Source of the DNA: a bacterium
GTDB lineage: Bacteria > UBA8248 > JACPRG01 > G963555815
DNA: 64,000 nt
Reading direction: 5' to 3'
Assembly: GCA_965218795.1 (NCBI GenBank)
Contig: OZ244653.1
Span: 4,768,001-4,832,000 of the forward strand
How positions within the stretch are numbered: the stretch's first letter is position 1; every line of letters begins with the position of its first letter. The position numbers and the translations under genes were made by a program. Under the pieces are notes generated by a model. The model saw nothing but the letters and a program-made list of their open reading frames with translations. It was not told the DNA's origin and did no database searches. This document shows positions 29,108 to 40,297 of the stretch, piece after piece.

Positions 29108-30179
29108 GATTTCTTTTGACTTCCTCTTTTGTTTGCACCCTTCCTTCAGCGGCTGAGGGCAAGGGTCCCTCGGACGGGCCGTCCGCGTCGGAGTCGCGCA
29201 ATACGTAGATGGGTTTGTTGAGGGTGCCATAATACACTCGTGCGATCAGCTCTCCCAAAAGGCCCATCAGGAGCAACTGAAATCCAACCACGATGAGGAG
29301 AACGCTCATCATCAGCAAAGGCCTGTTGCCGATGTCCGCTCCCGTAACCAGCTTGATGATCGTCAGGTAGAGGGAAATTCCCAGTCCCGCTGTCACTGTG
29401 ATCATTCCGACCCCGCCGAAAAGGCGGATGGGGCTCGCAGAGAAACTGAGAAAAAATTTGACGACCATCAGATCCATCAAAACGCGGAATATGCGCGTTG
29501 CGGAATATTTGGATTCACCATGGACGCGGGGGCGGTGATTCACCTCAACCTCCGCCACCCGGATACCCATCCATGAGGCCACCGCCGGGACGAACCGGTG
29601 CAGGTCCCCCCACAGTTCCAGATTCTTCACGACGTTCCGTCGATAGGCCTTCAGGGTGCAGCCGTAGTCTCGGAGCCGAACGCCGGTGACACGGGAGATG
29701 AGCCAGTTGGCCACTTTGGAAGGCAGGAGTCGGTTCCAGAACGCGTCCTTGCGGTTTTTCCTCCAGCCGCTGACAATGTCGTAATCTTTGATGAGGTCGA
29801 GCAATCGGGGGATATCCGCCGGGTCATTTTGTAAATCGGCGTCCAGCGTAACGACCACAGCACCTCTTGCCCGATCGAACCCCGCGGCGAGCGCCGCCGT
29901 CTGCCCGAAGTTGCGACGCAGATGCAGAACGGTCGTAACCGGGTCTCCGGCTTCAAACTCCTCCAGAATCTTCTCACTCCCGTCCTCGCTGCCATCGTTG
30001 ATGTAGAGGATCTCGTATGTGATCTGCATTGAATCCAGCGTCTCATGGAGTTGTGCATGGAGGGCTCGCAGGTTCTCCCGTTCGTTGAATAACGGGATCA
30101 CAACGGACAAATCCAGATCTGATGAAACCTGCCCGTCTTCGGATTGGCGTGTCGAGTCTCCAGCTTCGGCCAAGCTCAC
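29094..30179 (-). CDS. GT2 polyprenyl-phosphate glycosyltransferase (ArnC/GtrB-like)
   Basis: VVIPLFNE, DGSEDGS, RNFGQTAA, DADLQNDP, DYGC and two C-terminal TMs. Confidence 0.9.
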   Translation of the reverse strand: MSLAEAGDSTRQSEDGQVSSDLDLSVVIPLFNERENLRALHAQLHETLDSMQITYEILYINDGSEDGSEKILEEFEAGDPVTTVLHLRRNFGQTAALAAGFDRARGAVVVTLDADLQNDPADIPRLLDLIKDYDIVSGWRKNRKDAFWNRLLPSKVANWLISRVTGVRLRDYGCTLKAYRRNVVKNLELWGDLHRFVPAVASWMGIRVAEVEVNHRPRVHGESKYSATRIFRVLMDLMVVKFFLSFSASPIRLFGGVGMITVTAGLGISLYLTIIKLVTGADIGNRPLLMMSVLLIVVGFQLLLMGLLGELIARVYYGTLNKPIYVLRDSDADGPSEGPLPSAAEGRVQTKEEVKRNHVRE

Positions 30180-32311
30180 CCTCTGATCTCCTGGCCCTTC
30201 GCGACCCCATTGGGGGAATTGCCATTCCGGCCCGCGATGAGTCGAAACAGGGTAACGAGCCGGATGGTCCCGGTTTGTTTCCGTTCGACACGGAAGATGT
30301 CCTCGCGCTTCCAGCTGGCGTAATGCAGACGCAGATCATCAGGGGGCTCCCGCCATTCGCCCACCATGACCAGCAATCCGTCCCGTTTCCGGTGTGCATC
30401 CGGAAGGCCTCGCTGGAATGAACTGATCGGTCGGTCTCCGATTCTTTTGATTTGCGCCGCCCCCAAAGGCTTTCCTTCGGGTCGCGTGTAAAAGGAGAGC
30501 TCCGCCGCGGTCATGGGATTGGTGGCCAGCAGAACCGTTTCTTCCCCCATTTGCTTCAGACTGAGGTTCACCCTCTTCCCCAAGCTCCGCCACCCAATGA
30601 CCTGTGCGGACGGATCCGTTGAGGGGAGTCGCTTGATGTCCAGCTTCCGGAGCAAGCCGATATTCAGTAGGAAAGTAGTTTGAATGAACCCCAGAAAGAT
30701 GACAAGACCGGCGAACTTGGCGAGGCGGAAGCTTTGAAAGTTCCTTCGGCGGAAGATCTCCGTCATGGCGCCAACCAGACAGATCCATCCTGGTATCCAA
30801 CCCGGCGCCCATTCGGTTTGAAATACGCCCAGAGCATGAAAGGCGATGGCCAGCCCCCCCATGACACCCGTTAGACAGGCCAAAGGAACATATTCTCTTC
30901 GTTCCTTCGGACTCCCCATCCAAGCCGCCCAGAGGGCGCCCCATGCAATGAGTACGGCCAGGGGGAGCGACAGGTGCACCATTGGCCAGACCACGATCAG
31001 CTTGAGCCAGTCGGTTTCCGCATCATTCAAGGAGGCGATTCCCTCAGATGGGGCGGTAGAATCCACTGCCGCAATCCACGGAACCATCATCAAACCAATG
31101 GCAAGGATCAACCCGATATAGGGAGCCAATCGATGGAAATGACGTCGTCCGCCGGGCGTGAATGCGAGATAGAGCCCGGTCAGCGGAATGAGAAGGAGAG
31201 CCGAAGAGTCCGTCCGTCCGGCAATCCCTACGCAGATGCCCCAGATCAACCAGAGCCATGAACCTTCTCCATCATTGCCGCGGCTCAGGACGTCCGCCGA
31301 TGCGAGGGCGCCGGTCCACAGAGTCAACAACAGCGTGACGCTGGACAGCCTGGCTCCGCCGAGCCCGAAGACGGGGGCGGCAAGTAGACCGAGCGCGGCA
31401 ATTGGAGCCGCCCACCGACTCCAGGGAAATATGCGTCGGGCCCAAAAATACAGGATTACGCTCGTCAATAGAGAGAGGAAGAGCGCCCCACACCGGACGC
31501 CCGATTCGATGTCGCCGAAGACGTGAGTCCCCATACCGGCCAATACTTCCAAAGGGGGATGGGTCAGCCAGTCCCATGCGGCGATGGAGCGCGATTTCTC
31601 CCAGTAGACCGCTTCTTGAGGGGACAGATCAGCCCAATGCGCATAGACTGCTCGGGCGCCGGTCCCGATCGCCAGCATGATGAAGCAGAGAGATCCCGGC
31701 GACCCGATTGTCCGTCTCCTGGCTTCGAGCATCGAATCTTCGCCGGTCCATCCTCGGAAGAGTCTTTGATCCAACGCTTTGAGGCCTGGTCGGAGAAGGC
31801 AGACGACTGTGAGAGCCAGAAGGATCCCGAGCACCGCTCCGGCCAATACGTCGGAGGGATAATGTTTCCCGTGAACAATGCGCGAAAGGCCGATGAGCCC
31901 CGCGAAGGGGAGCGAAATCCATAACGCCCTAGAGTAGAAGAGACCGAGCACGACGGCCTGTGCGAATGCATTGGCCGAATGCTCGGATGGCATCGCGAAA
32001 CTCTTCGTGCAACCGCCAAGCAATCGGACGCCTTCAATGACGTGGCAAGGCCGAACGCGGGCGATCAGGGGTTTCAGAATGTCGGAAACGATCAGCGAGG
32101 TCAGGGCGAGCGTGATCAGGGCCGTCGCAACGTAGAGCCTTTCCCTTCGGTTTCCGAGGCCTGCCAGGATCAGGAATGTCAAAGCGACGGGAGCAATCCA
32201 CAGGCTCGCCTTGCCCAAGACGATGAGGAGCGATGCGAACCACTCGGGCCATTGGGTTCCGTTGATGATTCCGAAGATTTCTCGATCGTATGCCTGGAGA
32301 GAGGAGAACAC
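30176..32311 (-). CDS. PAP2 phosphatase fused to an ArnT/PMT-like glycosyltransferase
   Basis: PAP2 motifs KPLIARVRP, PSEH and SRIVHGKHYPSDV, then LSPQEAVYW..SR...HPPL and GWRSLG (GT39/ArnT pattern). Confidence 0.82.
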   Translation of the reverse strand: MFSSLQAYDREIFGIINGTQWPEWFASLLIVLGKASLWIAPVALTFLILAGLGNRRERLYVATALITLALTSLIVSDILKPLIARVRPCHVIEGVRLLGGCTKSFAMPSEHSANAFAQAVVLGLFYSRALWISLPFAGLIGLSRIVHGKHYPSDVLAGAVLGILLALTVVCLLRPGLKALDQRLFRGWTGEDSMLEARRRTIGSPGSLCFIMLAIGTGARAVYAHWADLSPQEAVYWEKSRSIAAWDWLTHPPLEVLAGMGTHVFGDIESGVRCGALFLSLLTSVILYFWARRIFPWSRWAAPIAALGLLAAPVFGLGGARLSSVTLLLTLWTGALASADVLSRGNDGEGSWLWLIWGICVGIAGRTDSSALLLIPLTGLYLAFTPGGRRHFHRLAPYIGLILAIGLMMVPWIAAVDSTAPSEGIASLNDAETDWLKLIVVWPMVHLSLPLAVLIAWGALWAAWMGSPKERREYVPLACLTGVMGGLAIAFHALGVFQTEWAPGWIPGWICLVGAMTEIFRRRNFQSFRLAKFAGLVIFLGFIQTTFLLNIGLLRKLDIKRLPSTDPSAQVIGWRSLGKRVNLSLKQMGEETVLLATNPMTAAELSFYTRPEGKPLGAAQIKRIGDRPISSFQRGLPDAHRKRDGLLVMVGEWREPPDDLRLHYASWKREDIFRVERKQTGTIRLVTLFRLIAGRNGNSPNGVAKGQEIRG

Positions 32312-32394
32312 GTTCAGGAGATTCCGGATTCCTCGAGAATCGGGTGGGTTAGGGATTTGGCATCAGTTTATGCGCGCTGAGGGCAACCGTTCGA

Positions 32395-33402
32395 TCAAGT
32401 GAATTCCTCCCGAAGCGCACGGCTCATCAATTCGTCGAGCGCCAAAGTCGGATCGCGTCCTTCAAAAAGCACCTTATGCGTCTGCTCGATGATAGGAAGC
32501 TCGACGTTTTCATTCTCTCCCAGCCGCTTTGCCGCTCTTGCCGTTTCGACGCCCTCGGCCACCATTCTCATGCCGGACAGTATCTGTTCCAGCTTTTCGC
32601 CCGTTCCGAGACGGTATCCGACGGTCCGGTTGCGGCTTAGTTCCCCGGTGCTGGTCAGCACAAGGTCCCCGAATCCCGCCAACCCGGAAAATGTGCGGGC
32701 CTTCGCGCCCATGGCGACTCCAAGTCGGGCGATCTCGGCGATCCCGCGGACGAGGAGGGCTGCTCGCGCATTGTGGCCCAGATTCAGGCCGTCTGAAATC
32801 CCCGCAGTGAGCGCGATGACATTCTTGAGGGAGCCGCCCAGTTCAACGCCGAGAACGTCCTCTCCGGTATAGATCCGGAAGCTGGAATTGGAGAACAGCT
32901 CTTGCGTCCGCACGGCGACGTCCGGTTCTTTCGAAGCCGCCACGGCCGCTGTGGGAAGCTCGGCGGAGACCTCCCGGGCGAAGGTCGGACCGGATAGAAC
33001 GCATAGCCGCAACTCCGTTCCATCGCCGGCGACTTCCCGAATGACCTGACTCATGGTGAGCAGAGAATCGGTTTCGATCCCTTTTGAGACTGTGACAATC
33101 AAGGGGGCCGCGGTTATCTCCGGGGCGAGTCTTTCCCAGATTTGCCGAACAACGTGAGAAGGCGGAGCGGAGACGATGGCGTCTACCCCTTGCACGGACG
33201 CTTTCAGATCGTTGAAGGGCTGGATGTGATTGTGAAGGCGAACGCCGGGGAGAAACACCGGATTTTCCCGTTTGTCCTCAATGGCCCGACAAATCTCGAT
33301 CTCGTAGACCCATAATTGGATGCGGTGGCCCATTTTGGCCAGATGGTGAGCCAGCGTCGTTCCCCAACTTCCCGCGCCGATCACGGCGATTGTCTGCTTC
33401 AT
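32395..33402 (-). CDS. gpsA: NAD(P)H-dependent glycerol-3-phosphate dehydrogenase
   Basis: GAGSWGT, SKGIE, LSGPTFA, LKNVIA, GDLVLT and SRN. Confidence 0.95.
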   Translation of the reverse strand: MKQTIAVIGAGSWGTTLAHHLAKMGHRIQLWVYEIEICRAIEDKRENPVFLPGVRLHNHIQPFNDLKASVQGVDAIVSAPPSHVVRQIWERLAPEITAAPLIVTVSKGIETDSLLTMSQVIREVAGDGTELRLCVLSGPTFAREVSAELPTAAVAASKEPDVAVRTQELFSNSSFRIYTGEDVLGVELGGSLKNVIALTAGISDGLNLGHNARAALLVRGIAEIARLGVAMGAKARTFSGLAGFGDLVLTSTGELSRNRTVGYRLGTGEKLEQILSGMRMVAEGVETARAAKRLGENENVELPIIEQTHKVLFEGRDPTLALDELMSRALREEFT

Positions 33403-33456
33403 CTTGATTCTCGAAGATGGTGTGCGGGTCACAGGAGACCCGATTCAATGAGCGGC

Positions 33457-34905
33457 TCATCCCTTGATGCATCCGACGGGCGTGAGGCGGGCCACCTTGC
33501 CGGCGATGCCTGCTTCATGGACGACATCGACCACTTCCGAAACGTCTTTGTAGGCCTCCGGCATTTCTTCGGCCATCGTTGAGCGTCCAGAGGCCATCAC
33601 AATGACGCCGCGGTCCTCCATCTCACGGTGAAGGGCCCTGCCCCGTGCAGCCTTCTTTGCCGCATGCCGGCTCATTCGTCGCCCCGCTCCGTGGCAGGTG
33701 CTGCCGAAGCTTTCTCCCATGGCCTTATCGGTTCCGGCGAGAATGAAGGATTGCCGTCCCATGTCTCCAGGGATCAGAACAGGCTGACCGACTTGTCTGT
33801 AATCGATCGGAATCTCCGCGTTTCCGGGGGGATAGGCGCGGGTGGCTCCTTTTCGATGCACGGCGACGCGCCGTTGCTTTCCATTCACCCTATGGGTTTC
33901 GAGTTTCACGATATTGTGCGCCACGTCATAGAGCGTGATCATCCCAAGGTCACGGGGCGAGATGGAGAGCGCCTCGAGAAACGCATCTTCGACTTGTCCC
34001 CGAATGCATTGGCGATTGGCCCAGGCGAAATTGGCGGCACATCGCATGGCGCCCATGTAGGATCGTCCTTCGGGGGATTCGATCGGGGCGCAGGCCAGCT
34101 GCCGGTCAGGAAGACGAATGCCGTACTTCGGCATGGCCTTCTCCATCACCCCCAGAAAATCGGTGCACACCTGATGGCCGAATCCGCGAGACCCAGTATG
34201 GATCATGACGGTGACCTGGCCTTCAAAAAGCCCATAGGCTTCGGCGATGATCGGATTGTAGATGTCTCGAACGATTTGAATCTCCGCGAAATGATTGCCG
34301 GACCCCAAGGTTCCCAATTGCCTTCGGCCTCGCTCAAAGGCTTTCTCGCCGACTTCTGAAGGCTGCGCGTCCGGCAGCATTCCTTCTGATTCGATGTGCG
34401 GCAAGTCGGCAGGTGATCCGAATCCCCGGCCGATCGCCCATTTCGCTCCTTGCTCCAGCAGGGCGCCTTTGTCGCCTTTGTCGAGGCGGAGGTCGCTATG
34501 GGATCCCACGCCGGTCGGGATCTTCTGAAACATCGCTGTGACGAGCTCGTGAATCCGGTTCCGGATGTCCTCGGAGTGAAGCCTGGTTCGGAGAAGGCGG
34601 ACGCCGCAGTTGATGTCGAATCCAACGCCCCCGGGGCTGACGACACCACCCGCTTCCGGGTCTGTGGCGACAACACCCCCGATGGGTAAACCGTAGCCGA
34701 AGTGGATGTCCGGCATCGCGATGGATGCGGTCACGATTCCGGGGAGCATCGCTCCATTGACGACTTGCTCCAGGGATTCATCCTTCCGGATTTCAGTCAG
34801 CAGGGTTTCGTTCGCGAAAACCAGTCCGTTCACGCGCATTCCCGGCTTGTAATCTCTTGGAATTTCGTATCGGTAGTCATCCAGCTTCTTGATGGGAACG
34901 CTCAT
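33457..34905 (-). CDS. rtcB: RNA ligase RtcB
   Basis: MPDIHFGYG, VGFDINCG, GTLGSGNHF, HTGSRG, HNIVK, HRKGAT, HGAGR and EEMPEAYK. Confidence 0.95.
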   Translation of the reverse strand: MSVPIKKLDDYRYEIPRDYKPGMRVNGLVFANETLLTEIRKDESLEQVVNGAMLPGIVTASIAMPDIHFGYGLPIGGVVATDPEAGGVVSPGGVGFDINCGVRLLRTRLHSEDIRNRIHELVTAMFQKIPTGVGSHSDLRLDKGDKGALLEQGAKWAIGRGFGSPADLPHIESEGMLPDAQPSEVGEKAFERGRRQLGTLGSGNHFAEIQIVRDIYNPIIAEAYGLFEGQVTVMIHTGSRGFGHQVCTDFLGVMEKAMPKYGIRLPDRQLACAPIESPEGRSYMGAMRCAANFAWANRQCIRGQVEDAFLEALSISPRDLGMITLYDVAHNIVKLETHRVNGKQRRVAVHRKGATRAYPPGNAEIPIDYRQVGQPVLIPGDMGRQSFILAGTDKAMGESFGSTCHGAGRRMSRHAAKKAARGRALHREMEDRGVIVMASGRSTMAEEMPEAYKDVSEVVDVVHEAGIAGKVARLTPVGCIKG

Positions 34906-34928
34906 GGCCCTACCCTCTGGAAGCCTCC

Positions 34929-35363
34929 CTACACATCCAATATAACGTACGTCCTCCAGCCTTCGGGGGTTTGGTCCAGACTCAAGCGATGAAGGGCAAC
35001 CCCCTTCACCTCAAGCCCCAGGGCATGGCGGCTTCGGTCTCCCGGTTCCCCCAGCAGCTCTCCTTCAATCTGTTTTTCTTCCAATCTGGAGATATGCACG
35101 TTACATCCGAAAAAGCAATGTATCTCGCCAAGGTATATCAGTTCGTTCAACCATTGGACCAGAAGGTCCTCCGGATTTCCCCCTTCGGTCCGAAAGGGAA
35201 GTGATTGACGCGGTTCCAGGCTGTCGAGATCGCAGATCGCGCTGAATAGTCCACGCGCGGTCTCCCGAAATACATCCTCTTGAGTCGCCCCCCAGGCCGC
35301 GACGGCCAAATCGGCCACAGTGGGACGAAGACAAAACCCCGAGGTTGACGGCGCACGCTGCAT
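34929..35363 (-). CDS. Archease (RtcB activator)
   Basis: TVADLAV.AWG, LLVQWLNELIY, EVKGVALH and C-terminal ILDV; directly upstream of rtcB. Confidence 0.88.
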   Translation of the reverse strand: MQRAPSTSGFCLRPTVADLAVAAWGATQEDVFRETARGLFSAICDLDSLEPRQSLPFRTEGGNPEDLLVQWLNELIYLGEIHCFFGCNVHISRLEEKQIEGELLGEPGDRSRHALGLEVKGVALHRLSLDQTPEGWRTYVILDV

Positions 35364-35378
35364 CCCGATCGTCAGGCC

Positions 35379-36731
35379 TCAGGGCTCATAGAGGATTTCA
35401 CTCCTGATGGCGATTCGGTTTCCGGCTATGGTGGATGGAAACTTGGGGAAAGGGGCTGCCTTTCGGACAGCCATGAGCGCTTCTTCGTCCAGCAGTTCGA
35501 ATCCCGAGCCTTGGAGCAGCTTCAGGGTGGCCAGCTGCCCGTCCCGGGTGACTTCGAATCGAACCACGACCCTTCCGCTGACTTTCCCATTCGCTGCGGC
35601 CTGCGGATAAAACAGGCGTTTGTCGATTTTCTTCCAGATCGCGTAACGGTACCCCCGGTATCTGAGGTCTTGTGTCATCAAAGGAGCGAGTCGGGTCCTT
35701 TTCTTCGCTTTCAGCTTCTCGGTCTTCGTCGCTGAAGGTCGATTCGTGATCGGGGCCTTCAGAGAGGTCAGAAGCTCGGTGGCCGTTTTGGGCTTCTTGA
35801 GGCGGCTTGATATTTTTGGGGGTACTCGGACGTAGTCGTCAACTTTGACCGAAGCCAATCGATCGTCCGACTTGGACGAAGGACGGGGCTTGTCGTCAGT
35901 CAGCGGTGGGGAGGGCGGGGCGGATTGGAACGTTCCGCTGAGTCGATTGGGATCGATCTTGGCGGTTCTCATCTTTTTCGCAGACCCCAATTTTGAAAAG
36001 CTCTCCTTCTTCAATTTTTCGGATGGCGTTTTCCGGGCAAGGGTGTCGGGAACCCGCCGATTGGATGGTCTAGGCGCTCGACGGACAGCGGGGCTGGCTC
36101 TGAACGAGGCCAAAAGCATTTTCGACTGATTCGCACGCGGGAGAGCTATCCGGGTTCCCTGTAACGGTTTCAGGTCTTCCGAAGATGCAAGAGCCGCCGG
36201 TTTGGAGACCTCCGGTTCTTTCAAAATGGGTCGAGGAGGCCGGGGTTTTCCGGTTTGCAATTCGGTTCGCGGGGTGGAACGACGAGCTGGATTTTTGCCG
36301 TTTTTCGCGACCCCATTTTTCTCGACCACAATCCGAACAGCCGGAATCTGATGTCTCTCGAGATTCTTCTGCAAAACCCGGCCTCCGCTTCCGAGCCGGG
36401 ATATCGTGTTATCCGAGACCTGAAGCGTCGGCGGGAGAGGGCGTGTCATAGAAAGAGGCGACGTTTTCTGGGGAGGAGGCGAAAATTTCACCACAGGCGG
36501 CGGCGAGGTATCTGATCCGCGAGAGGGTCGAGCTTCTGGATGAGACTTCATGGGCTTTGAATCAAGCATGGGGAGGGAGGCGAGAAGACGGACACGAACC
36601 GGCAGTTGATCAGAGATAACCCTCTGGCCAAAAAAAGAGAAAGTGTTCAGCGTGAGGACGGTCCCGACCGCCGCGAGACCATGGACGAAGATCGAAATGA
36701 GAACGTACGGTGAATACGCGGCTCTATCCAT
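35379..36731 (-). CDS. TonB/TolA-family energy transducer
   Basis: N-terminal TM with SxxxH (SIFVH), a long low-complexity linker and C-terminal YPQAA...GRVVVRFEV..DG...LLDEEAL.AV.KAAPFP. Confidence 0.82.
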   Translation of the reverse strand: MDRAAYSPYVLISIFVHGLAAVGTVLTLNTFSFFGQRVISDQLPVRVRLLASLPMLDSKPMKSHPEARPSRGSDTSPPPVVKFSPPPQKTSPLSMTRPLPPTLQVSDNTISRLGSGGRVLQKNLERHQIPAVRIVVEKNGVAKNGKNPARRSTPRTELQTGKPRPPRPILKEPEVSKPAALASSEDLKPLQGTRIALPRANQSKMLLASFRASPAVRRAPRPSNRRVPDTLARKTPSEKLKKESFSKLGSAKKMRTAKIDPNRLSGTFQSAPPSPPLTDDKPRPSSKSDDRLASVKVDDYVRVPPKISSRLKKPKTATELLTSLKAPITNRPSATKTEKLKAKKRTRLAPLMTQDLRYRGYRYAIWKKIDKRLFYPQAAANGKVSGRVVVRFEVTRDGQLATLKLLQGSGFELLDEEALMAVRKAAPFPKFPSTIAGNRIAIRSEILYEP

Positions 36732-36881
36732 GGATCCTATCGCTCAAGCAGGGTTGTCCAGCGTCTGTCAATCCGATGGGAAACGCCGGAACCCTTCCAT
36801 AAGTATAGTCCAGATTCAGGCTGGAATCCAATGGAAGAGTGCTCCTTCAGGTTTGCTGCGCGGAATCATGTATCGAACAAC

Positions 36882-36919
36882 AAAAAAAAAGAGCCCGCAT
36901 TCCCAAGGAACGCGGGCTC
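36882..36919 (-). terminator. Intrinsic terminator of groESL
   Basis: GAGCCCGC...GCGGGCTC stem followed by T9 on the minus strand. Confidence 0.85.
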
Positions 36920-36944
36920 GTGACCGTCGAGGAATTTTCGACTC

Positions 36945-38573
<1,629 letters not shown>

Positions 38574-38636
38574 CTACGATTTCCTCTCGGAATCTTGAAA
38601 CCTTGGGGAATTTGATTTCATCTAGGGGCTGATCCC

Positions 38637-38924
38637 TTATTCGACGACGGCGAGGACATCATCCTCCCGCATGATCAGCAATTCTTCACCATTCAGCTTG
38701 ACCTCGGTACCTGCGTATTTCGCGTAGAGGACCTTCTCGCCCTTCTTGACTTCAAGGGGTTGTTTGTCCCCGTCCTTCAGTACGCGGCCAGAGCCCACCG
38801 CAACGATTTCTCCTTCCTGGGGCTTTTCCTTCGCGGTATCCGGGATAATGATCCCTCCCTGCTTCATTTCCTCTTCCGCCAAGGGCCGCACCAGGATGCG
38901 ATCTTGGAGTGGCCTAACCTTCAT
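38637..38924 (-). CDS. groS: Co-chaperonin GroES
   Basis: [12 protein letters not shown]...[16 protein letters not shown]; GAGGAG RBS. Confidence 0.97.
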   Translation of the reverse strand: MKVRPLQDRILVRPLAEEEMKQGGIIIPDTAKEKPQEGEIVAVGSGRVLKDGDKQPLEVKKGEKVLYAKYAGTEVKLNGEELLIMREDDVLAVVE

Positions 38925-39073
38925 GGGATTTCTCTCCTCTGATGGATAGTTCATGGCGCCAATCAGCCGGACACATCGTGCTCCCAGCGCCGGTGAGTTC
39001 AAATCCTGCGCCCAAAAATCGAACACAGGAAATTCCCGAAATAAATGCAAAAACCTCCGATTTTTCAGAGAAA

Positions 39074-39100
39074 TTAGCACTCCCAACTTCCGAGTGCCAA
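39074..39100. promoter_or_regulatory. CIRCE element (HrcA operator) upstream of groESL
   Basis: TTAGCACTC-CCAACTTCC-GAGTGCCAA against consensus TTAGCACTC-N9-GAGTGCTAA. A TTGTAT-N18-TATATT promoter lies just upstream on the minus strand. Confidence 0.92.
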
Positions 39101-39477
39101 TAATATATGTAACTTCAATCCCCAAATACAAGAAAAAATTGTAATTTTTCTTAGGGATTCTCATGCAAGGAATACGATTTAACCCTACGCCTAAAAAAAT
39201 CACGAATTTTGTAAAGCCTTGGTCATTCCCACAAGGAAGATACGGCGTTTTCTGGAATCCTGAATCGGGTTGTCCTATCCTGTTTGAAAGCCTTAGAATT
39301 CATTCTCCTTCATCCCGCTGACTACAAGGCAGGTTGCTGTCTGGAGCTTGCATCCGGCAATACGAGAATGAACCTGCGCCGAGAGTCTGTCGAAAGAAAA
39401 CTCCTGATCAAGCCGGTTTTCCTCCGGTTTCCGACGGCTCCCTCGGCCGTACCATCCCAACGAGATAGAATGTTCCC

Positions 39478-40272
39478 GTGAACTCTTCTCCGTGTGTGCA
39501 TATTCTGGGAACGTCCTCCGCCCGCCCGATGCCCAATCGCGATCACACATCTCTGGTCGTTGAAACAGGGGAGGACCTCACGCTCATCGATTGCTCCGCC
39601 AATCCGGTTGGGAAGATTCTGCGGCTGGGTCTCGATCCTCTCCGTCTCAGCAGGGTTGTTGTGACCCACGCCCATACCGATCACACGTACGGATTTCCAT
39701 CGGTCATTTATTCATTTCGGACCTATCATCCCAAACGTGTAGAACCCCTCACCGTGTTTGCACCGAAGGAAGCGTTAGACCTGTTGAAACGCCTATCGGA
39801 TTCCTATGGGTTTGGAAGTCCCCAATCCCCGTTGCAATTTGACCTGGAGTTCCGGGAAGTTCCCGATACCGAGGATCATCTCTTGTTGGATGCCGGCGAT
39901 TATCGGATCAAAACAGCCCCCGTTCTCCATAAGGACAAGGAGGTCGTCGCTCTCCGCGTGGATGACGGACGGACGGGGAGGGCCATGACCTACTCCGCCG
40001 ACACCGAACCGTGTCCGTCGTTGGATCGTCTCGCCGTCGGAACAAACCTGATCATCATGGAAGCCACCCTGACCGGAGAGGAGGAGCTACCCGGTCATTG
40101 CACAGGCGAGGAGGCGGGAGAAGTGGCTGCCCGTTCCGGGGCTGGTCAACTGCTCCTCGTTCACGTCATGACCCAAAACGCGGACGAGGAGAAAGCGCTG
40201 ACTGCGGCGGCTCGGAAATCATTCGGCGGTCCGGTTGAAATCGCGGATGAAATGAGGAGCTATGCCTTCTAA
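39478..40272 (+). CDS. MBL-fold hydrolase, RNase Z/BN-like
   Basis: ILGTSSA.P..RD, LIDC, THAHTDH, YSADT, MEAT, GHCT and LLLVH. Confidence 0.8.
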   Translation: MNSSPCVHILGTSSARPMPNRDHTSLVVETGEDLTLIDCSANPVGKILRLGLDPLRLSRVVVTHAHTDHTYGFPSVIYSFRTYHPKRVEPLTVFAPKEALDLLKRLSDSYGFGSPQSPLQFDLEFREVPDTEDHLLLDAGDYRIKTAPVLHKDKEVVALRVDDGRTGRAMTYSADTEPCPSLDRLAVGTNLIIMEATLTGEEELPGHCTGEEAGEVAARSGAGQLLLVHVMTQNADEEKALTAAARKSFGGPVEIADEMRSYAF

Positions 40273-40297
40273 CTAACTAAACTTGCGGATCTTCGGC

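Noticed and set aside
38925-39203. N-terminal extension of GroES in the ORF track (also of RecJ, EF-G, Tmk, PrmA)
   Set aside because: Extensions overlap promoters/CIRCE or neighbouring genes; homology and, in most cases, an RBS support the downstream starts.
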